Virus record (IMG/VR): IMGVR_UViG_3300026534_000035
Location: 16,458 to 80,457 of that record
Origin: a virus
Length of the DNA stretch: 64,000 nt
Direction: 5' to 3' (one strand)
The notes beneath the pieces are model-generated. The model was not told where the DNA came from and did not search any database. It saw only the letters and a list, made by a program, of their open reading frames with translations. Position numbers and translations under genes: made by a program. Shown here in pieces: positions 8,834 to 17,429 of the stretch. Every line of letters starts with the position of its first letter. Within the stretch, counting starts at the first letter, position 1.

Positions 8834-10711
8834 ATGAAATCAGAGGATATTCAAAAAATAACTAAAGAGTTGAAAGAAAAATTTCCTGAAGTAGGTATAG
8901 AAAGCATTGATGTTGACGAGACTTCAGGTAAATCCACGTTTTATTTAAGACCCACTAAAAAAACACTGGCTTTTTTAGATAATCAAGGGGCGGTAATTCC
9001 GAAACAATATCAGGAAAAAGCAGCTGTTATCAATAGAGATGCTATAAATAGAAGTAATTTGGACTTATTAAGGGGCGTTGCTGATGCTTATACCGAAACA
9101 CCCATCAACGCGTTTAAAAGGGCCATAAAATATTATTTTGTAAACCCATTGGTTGGGTCGTCTGTGGACTTGCTGTCCGCTTTAACTTGTAAAGGTTTTG
9201 AGAATGATATTGATGATGATAAGATTAAACAGTTTTATGATGTGTGGGCATTTGATGTAGACTTTAAACAGGTTTTGGATTGGATTGCCTTAGATTTTTT
9301 TAAGGTAGGGCAGGTGATAACTTACAAAGTTGTAGCTAAATATGAACCCAGGGTTTCTTACTTATCTCCTGTACCAGGAACTAAAATAAAGAAACCATCC
9401 AAAAAATCGGCAGGACTAGAAACAGCGGCTAAGAAGAATATTTGGTCAAAAGGCCATTTGCCCATAGCTTATACAGTTTTAAACCCCACTCTAACTACTA
9501 TAGAGGGTAATTTATTGTTTGATAAAGTTTCTGTTAAAATAACCTTACCGCAAGAATTAACTGGGCTGCTTAAAAAGCCTAAAAATGAGCTTACTGAAAA
9601 TGAAAAGGATTTAATAAAATCTCTGCCCGCGGATTTAAAAAGGGCTGCTGAAAAAGGCGGAGAATACCAACTTGATTCTAGATTAATAGGTATTATAAAT
9701 TACAGAAAGCAACCTTATGAAAGGTATTCCAGACCTAGAATAGGAAGAATTTTTGATGCGTTAGAATATAAAAGACAATTACAAGAAGCAGATACTAGCA
9801 CTTTAGATGGTATTTCCAATTACATCCTTAAAGTGACTATTGGTAATGATGAATATCCTGTGACTCAGCAAGAAGAGCTTACTGCTGTTGCTAATTTATT
9901 TAATACCACTAGTAAAAGTTTTGACGTGGTATGGAATCACACTCTACAGATAGAAAAAATAGTTTCCCCTGAAATTGAAGCTATTTTAGGGCAAGATAAA
10001 TATAAACAAGTTAATGAAGATATTACTGGTGGTTTATCTATTCCAAGAATGATGTTGGATGGTGTAGGAGAATTGGGTACAGCAGAATCTCAAATGGTTT
10101 CCAAAAGTATTTCTGAATTGGTAACATACGCTAGAAATCAAATTGAAGGATGGATTTACATGGAATATAGACAGATAGCAGAAACTATGGGTTTTGATAG
10201 GTTTCCTAAAATTCGTTGGGATGAAGGTATTCTTAAAGATCCTATTTTATACATGAATACTTTAGCGGCATTGGTGGATAGACGCATGATAAGTTACAAA
10301 ACTGCATTAGAAGAGCTGGGGTATGATTATCCTAATGAAGCCAACAATATGAAATCAGAATTTGATTTAGTTCAGTCAGGTATTTTCGGAATTATAGGAT
10401 CCCCTTGGCAACAAGCTAAAACACAGCCTTCACAGGGCGCACCTACTGGTTCTCCCTCACAGGGTAGACCTAAGGGACAAACTAATACCAAGACTAAGGA
10501 GACCGCTCCTAGTGCTCAAAGAGGACAAAAACCAAACCAAAAATTACAAGATTTAAAGAAGAAAGCCGCCTCTTTAAAGATAATTGAAAATATACCAGAA
10601 ATGACAGCAAAACAATATGCCGCTTTTTTGGACGGAGCTAAGGAAATACTTAATGAAGATGAATTTGCTGTATTTTTAGACAATGTTTCAAAAGTTAGGT
10701 TTGGTGTGTAA
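8834..10711 (+). CDS. Portal protein
   Basis: Position between terL and protease; 625 aa; RKQPYERY, helical core, C-terminal GRP low-complexity tail. Confidence 0.8.
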   Translation: MKSEDIQKITKELKEKFPEVGIESIDVDETSGKSTFYLRPTKKTLAFLDNQGAVIPKQYQEKAAVINRDAINRSNLDLLRGVADAYTETPINAFKRAIKYYFVNPLVGSSVDLLSALTCKGFENDIDDDKIKQFYDVWAFDVDFKQVLDWIALDFFKVGQVITYKVVAKYEPRVSYLSPVPGTKIKKPSKKSAGLETAAKKNIWSKGHLPIAYTVLNPTLTTIEGNLLFDKVSVKITLPQELTGLLKKPKNELTENEKDLIKSLPADLKRAAEKGGEYQLDSRLIGIINYRKQPYERYSRPRIGRIFDALEYKRQLQEADTSTLDGISNYILKVTIGNDEYPVTQQEELTAVANLFNTTSKSFDVVWNHTLQIEKIVSPEIEAILGQDKYKQVNEDITGGLSIPRMMLDGVGELGTAESQMVSKSISELVTYARNQIEGWIYMEYRQIAETMGFDRFPKIRWDEGILKDPILYMNTLAALVDRRMISYKTALEELGYDYPNEANNMKSEFDLVQSGIFGIIGSPWQQAKTQPSQGAPTGSPSQGRPKGQTNTKTKETAPSAQRGQKPNQKLQDLKKKAASLKIIENIPEMTAKQYAAFLDGAKEILNEDEFAVFLDNVSKVRFGV

Positions 10712-10744
10712 GTCCTTTTAAATTTTAAATAAGGAGAATTTTAA

Positions 10745-11923
10745 ATGGAAAACTCAGTTTATTTAGAGGCAGATATTAAAATAGAAGAAGGAACTGAGGC
10801 TTTATGGGAAGCAGCTTCATCAGTCATAGAATTACCAAAAGACAAAGAAAAACAAGTGGATTTGATGTATTTTTCTGCTATTTTTGTTTCTTCAGGAGAA
10901 AATCTTAATCATGCCTATTTTACACCTTCCGAACTTGTGAAAGCCGAAGGTACTATTATTAATAAAGCTTTAGATGTAGAGCATAAGGAAGATGAAATAA
11001 TTGGTCATATTTATGATAGGGTTTTTATGGATAAGGAAGGCAACTCGTTAGATTTGGAAGAATTAGCCAGTATGGAAACTGCTAGTTTGGATAGTAAAGA
11101 TATTCACATTGCTATTGCTGGTATTATTTACAAAAACAGGTTTCCAGAAATAGCTAAAGAAGTTGCTGAAGGAAAATGGAAAGTTAGTATGGAAGCATAC
11201 TATCAAGACTATGATATAAAGATAGGTGATTTACTTATATCTAAAAAAGAGGCTGAGTTTTTAGGTATAGCTTCTAACAATAGTATGTTAGGAAAAGTGG
11301 CTAAGGTATTTAAGGAGAAAAAAGAAATTGCCAAAGGAGCTGTAGCACGTGTTCTCAGAGGACTAACCTTTTCAGGTTGCGGAATAGTTGAAAAACCAGC
11401 TAATCCTCCGTCAGTAATCTTAGAAACTGCAAAACAAACTGATAAAAAAGAAGATAGTACTGAGTTGGAAATAGTGTTGGAATTGGATGAGGATAATAAT
11501 GTAACCTATTCTAAGGTAGAAGGCCCTAAAAATAAAGATAACATTTCTGTTGAATCAAAAAACACTTCTACCAAAGAAAATTCAGAGGATAAAAAGTCTA
11601 CAGAGGAAACTGAGGCAGGAAAGTTAGAGTATAAGGATACTGTTGGTCTTTGTGTTAATTACCAAAGGTATGTGTATAAAGATGAGTCTTCTAGGTCTGA
11701 AGCTGATTTACTACACCAAGATTGGTGTAGTAAGTATTCTACTGGTTGTACTTCTTTTTCTAGGAGTGCTACCGATGAAGATTGTTTGATACACAAAGTA
11801 GAGAAAGCCATTTCTGTTTACTTGAAATCTTTAGAAAAGAAATCAAGTGTAGAGGCAAGACGGAAAAGTCTTTTAAAAACTTTGGAAATGACCATTGCTA
11901 ATGCTAGAAGCAAAGATTTTTAA
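10745..11923 (+). CDS. Prohead maturation protease with Cys-rich C-terminal extension
   Basis: NLNHAYF, LDVEH..IIGH, VSME (candidate catalytic Ser), FSGCGIVEKPANP; position after portal. Confidence 0.75.
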   Translation: MENSVYLEADIKIEEGTEALWEAASSVIELPKDKEKQVDLMYFSAIFVSSGENLNHAYFTPSELVKAEGTIINKALDVEHKEDEIIGHIYDRVFMDKEGNSLDLEELASMETASLDSKDIHIAIAGIIYKNRFPEIAKEVAEGKWKVSMEAYYQDYDIKIGDLLISKKEAEFLGIASNNSMLGKVAKVFKEKKEIAKGAVARVLRGLTFSGCGIVEKPANPPSVILETAKQTDKKEDSTELEIVLELDEDNNVTYSKVEGPKNKDNISVESKNTSTKENSEDKKSTEETEAGKLEYKDTVGLCVNYQRYVYKDESSRSEADLLHQDWCSKYSTGCTSFSRSATDEDCLIHKVEKAISVYLKSLEKKSSVEARRKSLLKTLEMTIANARSKDF

Positions 11924-11941
11924 TTGAAGGAGGTATAGAAT

Positions 11942-12370
11942 ATGCCACAACTGAACGTCGGTCAAACAGGGACACTTAAAAGTGTTCCTAAGCTTACCAA
12001 GATTTCCGCTGATGACAATACTCGAATGGTTTTTAAGAGTATGGGCAATAATCATGTCTACCCTTTTATGTGGGGATCAAGTCATTTGATTAGCGGCGGA
12101 GCCGATACTGTTGTAGCCAGTGGTGTTAAATTTCATGGGCTAGAGTTAGCTAAACATTGTAATATAGTGTTAACTGTAACAAGTGGTACTCAAGATGGTT
12201 ATGTTTACATAGAAAAAGATATTGCATCTAATATGGTTACAGTTAAATCTACTGGTAGTAACAGTGTAGAAGTTGACATTAGATGGATGCTTGCATCTAC
12301 AGATCCTGAAATTGAAGGGCTACATTGTAGTGGGTTGGGAACCCCTTTCCCAAGCCAATGGAGTAGATAA
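11942..12370 (+). CDS. Hypothetical virion-associated protein
   Basis: SD AAGGAGG; beta-rich; in head module. Confidence 0.6.
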   Translation: MPQLNVGQTGTLKSVPKLTKISADDNTRMVFKSMGNNHVYPFMWGSSHLISGGADTVVASGVKFHGLELAKHCNIVLTVTSGTQDGYVYIEKDIASNMVTVKSTGSNSVEVDIRWMLASTDPEIEGLHCSGLGTPFPSQWSR

Positions 12371-12472
12371 AACTGATTAGTTTTAGGAATAGGATAAGGA
12401 ATTAATAATAAAAATACTAAGAATAGATTTTTAATGTCAGGTTGGTATTAAATTACATAGGAGGTATTATTG

Positions 12473-13186
12473 ATGGATGAAAAACTTTATGAGGATATTA
12501 AGTCTGTAGTTGCTAAAATTTTTTCAGAAAAAGAAGAATCTGAAAAAGTTGCGCAGACCGAAGAAGCTCTTCGTGAAGCAGCAGATACAATTGCTGATTT
12601 AACTACTACGCTTGAAAAAAGAAATGAGGAATTGAAGGTTTATGAAACTGAAGCCACAGAATTAAAAGAACAAGTTTCTACTTTTGAATCTGAGCTTGAG
12701 GCAGCCCAGGAAGAGAAGAAAGAACTTGAGACTAAAATGGCTGAGGTTGAAGCGTCGCTCGAAGATATTAAGAAAGACAGACTTTCAGAAAAAAGAATGG
12801 CTGAGTTGGAAGAAGCGGGTGTTAAGATCGCTGATGATGAGGCTCAGACAGCTAAAGTCAGAGAAATGTCTGATGAGGAATTTGTTTCATATAAAAGTGA
12901 ATTGGTTTCTATTCGTGAATCTGTTGTGGCCGAATTGGCAAAAAATAAGGAAAGTTCAACAGATGACAACGCAGAAGACTCCGGAAAAACTGCAAGTACA
13001 AAGGCAGCTGATGAGAAAGCCAGTGATGGAGATGATGATGGAGGAGATCCTCCTCCGGCAAACATTGATAAAACAAAAGCAGTTACAGCTGCTTTAAATT
13101 TTGAAGGCCGTCCTTCAGATGATATGATTGCTAAATATGCGGAGTTAGGAAAAGCGTTGGCGGAAGAAATGAAGAAGTCTAAATAA
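12473..13186 (+). CDS. Capsid scaffolding protein
   Basis: Very acidic coiled coil located between protease and capsid genes. Confidence 0.7.
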   Translation: MDEKLYEDIKSVVAKIFSEKEESEKVAQTEEALREAADTIADLTTTLEKRNEELKVYETEATELKEQVSTFESELEAAQEEKKELETKMAEVEASLEDIKKDRLSEKRMAELEEAGVKIADDEAQTAKVREMSDEEFVSYKSELVSIRESVVAELAKNKESSTDDNAEDSGKTASTKAADEKASDGDDDGGDPPPANIDKTKAVTAALNFEGRPSDDMIAKYAELGKALAEEMKKSK

Positions 13187-13221
13187 TTTTGTTAGTAATT
13201 TAATTAAGGAGGAAAAAGGAT

Positions 13222-13887
13222 ATGTTTGTACCAAGACATCCTGTTGTTGAAAACCAATTCTGTACTTATGGTGCGCAGACGGGGACCGGATCAGCTGGAG
13301 TAGGCGGTGTTATTTGTTATGCTGGAGCTGCCTTATACCTATCTAATAGTGCTGCTAATCAAGAGGCCATAGTGTACAGGTATGATAGAGTAAGTACCGA
13401 ACCTACAAATGCTGATGAGCGTGTGCCTTTTGGTTTATCTATGCAAAAGGTAAAGACTGATTATCACCAAGTTCATCCTACAATGTATTTTATGCCTGGT
13501 GATTTAGGGTCTAGTGATGTTATCGCTGCTCCTACATATGATGGCGCGGGTAATATTACAGGCACCGCTGAAGCTCCTGTAGGTGTGGCACATCTAGGTA
13601 TTTGGGACACAGTACATTATACTGCAGAGTTTACAGGTACTGCTGGAACAAATGCAGTTGTTTCTGCTGCTATAGCTCCTGGTGCTCTTATGTATGTGGC
13701 TGCAAATGCTGGCGCTAGACTTACTACAAGTAATTCAGCTGCTGGTAGTGATACATATGATGGAAAGCGTCTGCCTCATGTGACCACTGTTGTAGCCAGA
13801 GTGTGTAAAGGTGTTAGTGCTGCTAAAGCTACAGCCAATATCAATAACGTTACGCTTTACCCCATCAGAGTGAAACTGATGGTTTAA
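13222..13887 (+). CDS. Head decoration/capsid cement protein
   Basis: Ala/Gly/Thr-rich beta protein immediately upstream of the major capsid gene. Confidence 0.6.
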   Translation: MFVPRHPVVENQFCTYGAQTGTGSAGVGGVICYAGAALYLSNSAANQEAIVYRYDRVSTEPTNADERVPFGLSMQKVKTDYHQVHPTMYFMPGDLGSSDVIAAPTYDGAGNITGTAEAPVGVAHLGIWDTVHYTAEFTGTAGTNAVVSAAIAPGALMYVAANAGARLTTSNSAAGSDTYDGKRLPHVTTVVARVCKGVSAAKATANINNVTLYPIRVKLMV

Positions 13888-13957
13888 TTTTATAAAAAAA
13901 TGGGATTAAGGCATGTTTTAATGCTTCCCAAATTATTTCAAGGAGGAGTTTGATATT

Positions 13958-16900
13958 ATGGAAAGACAAGAAATGATGGAGCTTTTTAGAGCTACTGCTG
14001 ACATTAATACTAAAGAAGGCATAGCTGCTTATAGGGCTTTTGCTGCTGCCATTACAACTCCTATCCTGCAGAAGGTTGAATTGGAATCTATTATGAGACA
14101 GTTGTTTGCCGTGGAGCGTTTGGGTCCCGGCGCACAGGCTTAATGGTACTCACTGGGGGTATACGGCCTGTTAAAACTTTGCTATATGCTGGAAAATCCT
14201 AAAGCCGTCCTTTACTGATATGGTGATAATAAGGAGGATATATGGACAATCATGCAGGTAACTTATTAAAGTGTTGTAGTACTAATTATTTGGCTGGTTT
14301 GATAGATAGTGATTTTGGAGTTTACATACATAAGTTTTTTCCAAGAGGAAAACTACAGTTAAGACCTACAATTCAGTTTGTTAGTGCTAATAAAGATATA
14401 ATTGAGGTTTTACATCAAGTTTTTAAAAGTGTTAATATAAACCATCATATTGCACATAGAAAAGGCACTGTGAGTAGAGACAAAAAGGAATTGACTATTT
14501 CCAGATTATCTAAATGTAGAGACTTTTCTGAATTGTACAAGGCCAGTTGTGTAGTAAGACGCGGGCAGTTAGAGCTAATTTCTAAATATTGTGCAAACAG
14601 ATTATTTATGGTAGATAATTATGGATGGAAACAAAATAATACTCCATATACTAAATATCAAATGACTTTATATGATGAATTATCTTTTTTAAATAGTAAT
14701 TATAATAAAGATTATGGGTTTAGAAACCGTACTTTATCATGGTTAGCAGGTTTTATAGATGGTGATGGTTCCTTTTGTTTTGTAGTAACTAATAAAAATA
14801 GAATTATCCCTACTTTGGATATTATTACTGGATCTGATACTTGTTTAGCTAATTTGATTGAAATTTTTGATGCCGCGGGCATAAAATATTATATTAGAAA
14901 ATCTCCATCTAAAGCTACTAAAAGAATTAAAACCAATAAAATATATAATATATATATAAGATCCTTTAATTCTTTATTTAAAATATCTAACTTACTAAAA
15001 GATAAATTGATTATAAAGCATCAGCAATGTAAGAATATTATTGATTATATTAATTTATGTAATGAATGTAGATCAATAACATATACTAAGTCTGATATAG
15101 TTTGTAGAAATAAAATATTAAACACTAAATAAGACACCTCAGAGACTAATACGCAAAGCACCTAATGGTGATGATAGAGTCCACTTATTATAGAAATATA
15201 ATAAATTAAGTGGTTTACCCAGTCGCTAAATCATTTGGCGCCCTATATAGTAATATGTAGGTGAAAAAGAGAACTATATGCTGGAAACTCCTGTTAGGCT
15301 TTAAGTACCAAAGTGTAAAAATCTTAAAGATAGGGACAATCAGCAGGGAAGCCTTTTTTATTGGCCCCTCAACGACTATGAAAAGGAACAATTACATGAA
15401 GAAAAATCTTCACACACAAACAAATAGTAAGTACTATAAGCTTTCTTTATTAGCATCCATGGCTTTATGGGATGGTCATATAACTAAAAAAGGAAGATTA
15501 TGTGTTAGACATAGCCAAAAACAACTAGAATACTTACAATGGAAGGCTGATTTATTGTATAATGCTTTTGATAGAAAAGTAAACGTTAATAAGTATGGTG
15601 GTAAATATCCATACTGTGAAATATCTTTTACAAATGACATAACTAAACGTTTAAGAAAGTTATTATATATAGATGACAAAAAAACTATTAGTCAGTCAGC
15701 TTTAAATTTATTAAAAACTTCTGTTGCTTTATTAATAATGTATTTAGATAATGGTTGTTTAGTCTTGCATAAGTTTAAGAATGATAAAACTAAAATTAAA
15801 AGTAGAGAAATATATCTATCTAGCCATTCTTTTGGTTATAGTGGTAACGAAATGTTAAAATGTTGGTTTAAGCGTAACTTTAATATTACCACTAGTTTAA
15901 GAAAAGATAGAGGCCGTACTTACATCGCTTTTAATGCCACTAATGCTAATAAACTTTTAAATTTGTTTGATGCTGTTCCTGACAGTATGGTGTATAAGAT
16001 TGATATGAAATACACTTACCCACGTTCTCCTTCCTTATAGGAAGATGATATAGTCTGAACTCATAGGAAACTATGAGAGGGAAAGTCGAAGAACTTTCCC
16101 CGCCTAGTTTTTATACTAGGTCATAAAAGTAACAGAGTGGAAGATTTCGAGATTCCAGTTTGGGTCCTTCCTGGATTAGGATATGTAGCACAGAATTTTA
16201 TTGAAGGCATTGGAGAAGAGGTGTATGTTCCCACTTTTACAATCGATGCCTCAGCAGATTGGAAATTAACGTATGCACGTGACTCTCGTATTGATATTGC
16301 TCAACGTGCAGCTGCTAGAGTAGCCAAAGACTTGGCTAATTATGAGGAAGAGTGTGGTTGGCGTGTAATTATGCCCGCTGCTACTTCTGCTTTTTCGGGT
16401 AAAGGTTTGTTGGGTTCTCGCCCAGCTCCTATTTATGAAATTAGCAACGCTTCTACAGGTGCTGGTTATTTGTCAAAGGAGCTGATTAATAAAATGATGG
16501 TGGGTTTCAAAAGAATCGGCCGTCAGTTAACTGACATTTATATTTCTCCTGAGGACGCTGCTGATATTCGTGAATGGACTGACACAGATATTGATCCTGT
16601 CACTAGACGTGAGATTTTTCAGGCTTCTGGTATGGGATCTATTTGGAGTGTTAGGCTCCATGAAGTACAGCACTTAGGAGCTGTTGGGTTGTACAATATC
16701 AATGGTCATTCATCTCAGTATGGTAAATTTATTGCTGATAGTGGGGAAAGTTATAACGCTTATACTTTAGATAACCCCAATGTTACCAATGCTGATGGTA
16801 CTATAGCTACTTTGGGCGAAACACAGATTATAGGTTTTGATTTGTCTACAAACGATTCACTAGTCATGCCTATCAGAAAAGAGTATGAAGCTCTTGAAGA

Positions 16901-17012
16901 TCCAACTTTATTGCGTAGTCAAAAACAAGGCTTTTTTGGTTGGGCTGAATTAGGTTTCGCATGTTTGGATAGTAGAATGCTGGGAATTGGTGTTATTGAC
17001 CGTAGTTTATAA
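13958..17012 (+). CDS. Major capsid protein, spliced: join(13958..14140,15213..15227,16140..17012), 356 aa
   Basis: Exons join in frame as ...LGPGAQA-VYPVA-EDFEIPVW.... Strong SD AAGGAGG; HK97-like size and position; ends GFFGWAELGFACLD. Confidence 0.9.
14141..15212 (+). mobile_element. Group I intron 1 in the capsid gene (1072 nt)
   Basis: Exon ends in U. P1 ACAGGCU/GGCCUGU (14165-14171) with U.G. P element TATGCTGGAAA, Q AATCATGCAGG, R TCAGAGACTA, S GATAGAGTCC. P3 CTTTGC/GCAAAG, P9 with GAAA loop, terminal G at 15212. Confidence 0.92.
14242..15132 (+). CDS. Intron-encoded two-motif LAGLIDADG homing endonuclease
   Basis: YLAGLIDSDFG and WLAGFIDGDGSF; SD AAGGAGG. Confidence 0.9.
   Translation: MDNHAGNLLKCCSTNYLAGLIDSDFGVYIHKFFPRGKLQLRPTIQFVSANKDIIEVLHQVFKSVNINHHIAHRKGTVSRDKKELTISRLSKCRDFSELYKASCVVRRGQLELISKYCANRLFMVDNYGWKQNNTPYTKYQMTLYDELSFLNSNYNKDYGFRNRTLSWLAGFIDGDGSFCFVVTNKNRIIPTLDIITGSDTCLANLIEIFDAAGIKYYIRKSPSKATKRIKTNKIYNIYIRSFNSLFKISNLLKDKLIIKHQQCKNIIDYINLCNECRSITYTKSDIVCRNKILNTK
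15228..16139 (+). mobile_element. Group I intron 2 in the capsid gene (912 nt)
   Basis: P1 CGCUAAA/UUUGGCG with U.G; P2 with GUAA loop. P element TATGCTGGAAA, Q AATCAGCAGG, R TCAACGACTA, P3 GAGAAC/GTTCTC, S GATATAGTCT. P9 CTCATAG-GAAA-CTATGAG plus two more hairpins; terminal G at 16139. Confidence 0.92.
15396..16040 (+). CDS. Intron-encoded LAGLIDADG_2 (I-SceI-like) homing endonuclease
   Basis: LASMALWDGHI, HS.KQLEYL.WK and LLIMYLDNG. SD AAGGA before ATG 15396; the track start at 15261 lies in the ribozyme core. Confidence 0.85.
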   Translation: MKKNLHTQTNSKYYKLSLLASMALWDGHITKKGRLCVRHSQKQLEYLQWKADLLYNAFDRKVNVNKYGGKYPYCEISFTNDITKRLRKLLYIDDKKTISQSALNLLKTSVALLIMYLDNGCLVLHKFKNDKTKIKSREIYLSSHSFGYSGNEMLKCWFKRNFNITTSLRKDRGRTYIAFNATNANKLLNLFDAVPDSMVYKIDMKYTYPRSPSL

Positions 17013-17026
17013 AATGAAAAAAAGAG

Positions 17027-17066
17027 TCAATGTGCTCTGTTAGTAAAAGGGTGCAGAGCACATTGA
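17027..17066 (+). terminator. Stem-loop after the capsid gene
   Basis: 13-bp inverted repeat TCAATGTGCTCTG/CAGAGCACATTGA; no U-tract on the + strand. Confidence 0.5.
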
Positions 17067-17081
17067 AACTTAGAATGGTTT

Positions 17082-17402
17082 ATGATGTTTTATAAATTAA
17101 TTTTTGCAGTGGTAGTTACTGAAGCTTTTACTGAATTAATTACTAAGGCTGAAATAACAGAGCCTATTAGGAAGTTTATATTTACTAAAGGACATAAGAA
17201 CAGGGTTTTTAATTGGTTACATAGGTTATTGGATTGTGGGTATTGTACGTCGGTTTGGATAGGTGCGTTTATGGCGTTGTTTTTATTTAAGGATGTTCAT
17301 TTTGTGACCCCTTATTTGGATTGGTTGTTTATAGGATTGGTGCTTCATAGATTTTCTAATGTATTACATTTTGTAATTGATAAGCTTAGAGGATCAATGT
17401 AA
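17082..17402 (+). CDS. DUF1360-like small membrane protein
   Basis: I.EPIR, LLDCGYCTSVWIG; hydrophobic segments. Confidence 0.7.
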   Translation: MMFYKLIFAVVVTEAFTELITKAEITEPIRKFIFTKGHKNRVFNWLHRLLDCGYCTSVWIGAFMALFLFKDVHFVTPYLDWLFIGLVLHRFSNVLHFVIDKLRGSM

Positions 17403-17429
17403 TTTAAATTCTATGGAAGGAGCTTAAAT

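Noticed and set aside
12437-12446. TCAGGTTGGT is the reverse complement of ACCAACCTGA at 40946-40955, both in leaders of structural genes
   Set aside because: A single 10-nt match in 64 kb is expected by chance.
14141-16139. Inteins or a pseudogene as the explanation for the split capsid gene
   Set aside because: An in-frame TAA follows exon 1, no intein terminal motifs are present, and group I RNA cores are clear.
16137-17012. Stand-alone 291-aa capsid gene starting at GTG 16137
   Set aside because: The GTG is the last three bases of intron 2 and has no good SD. The N-terminus comes from the upstream exons.
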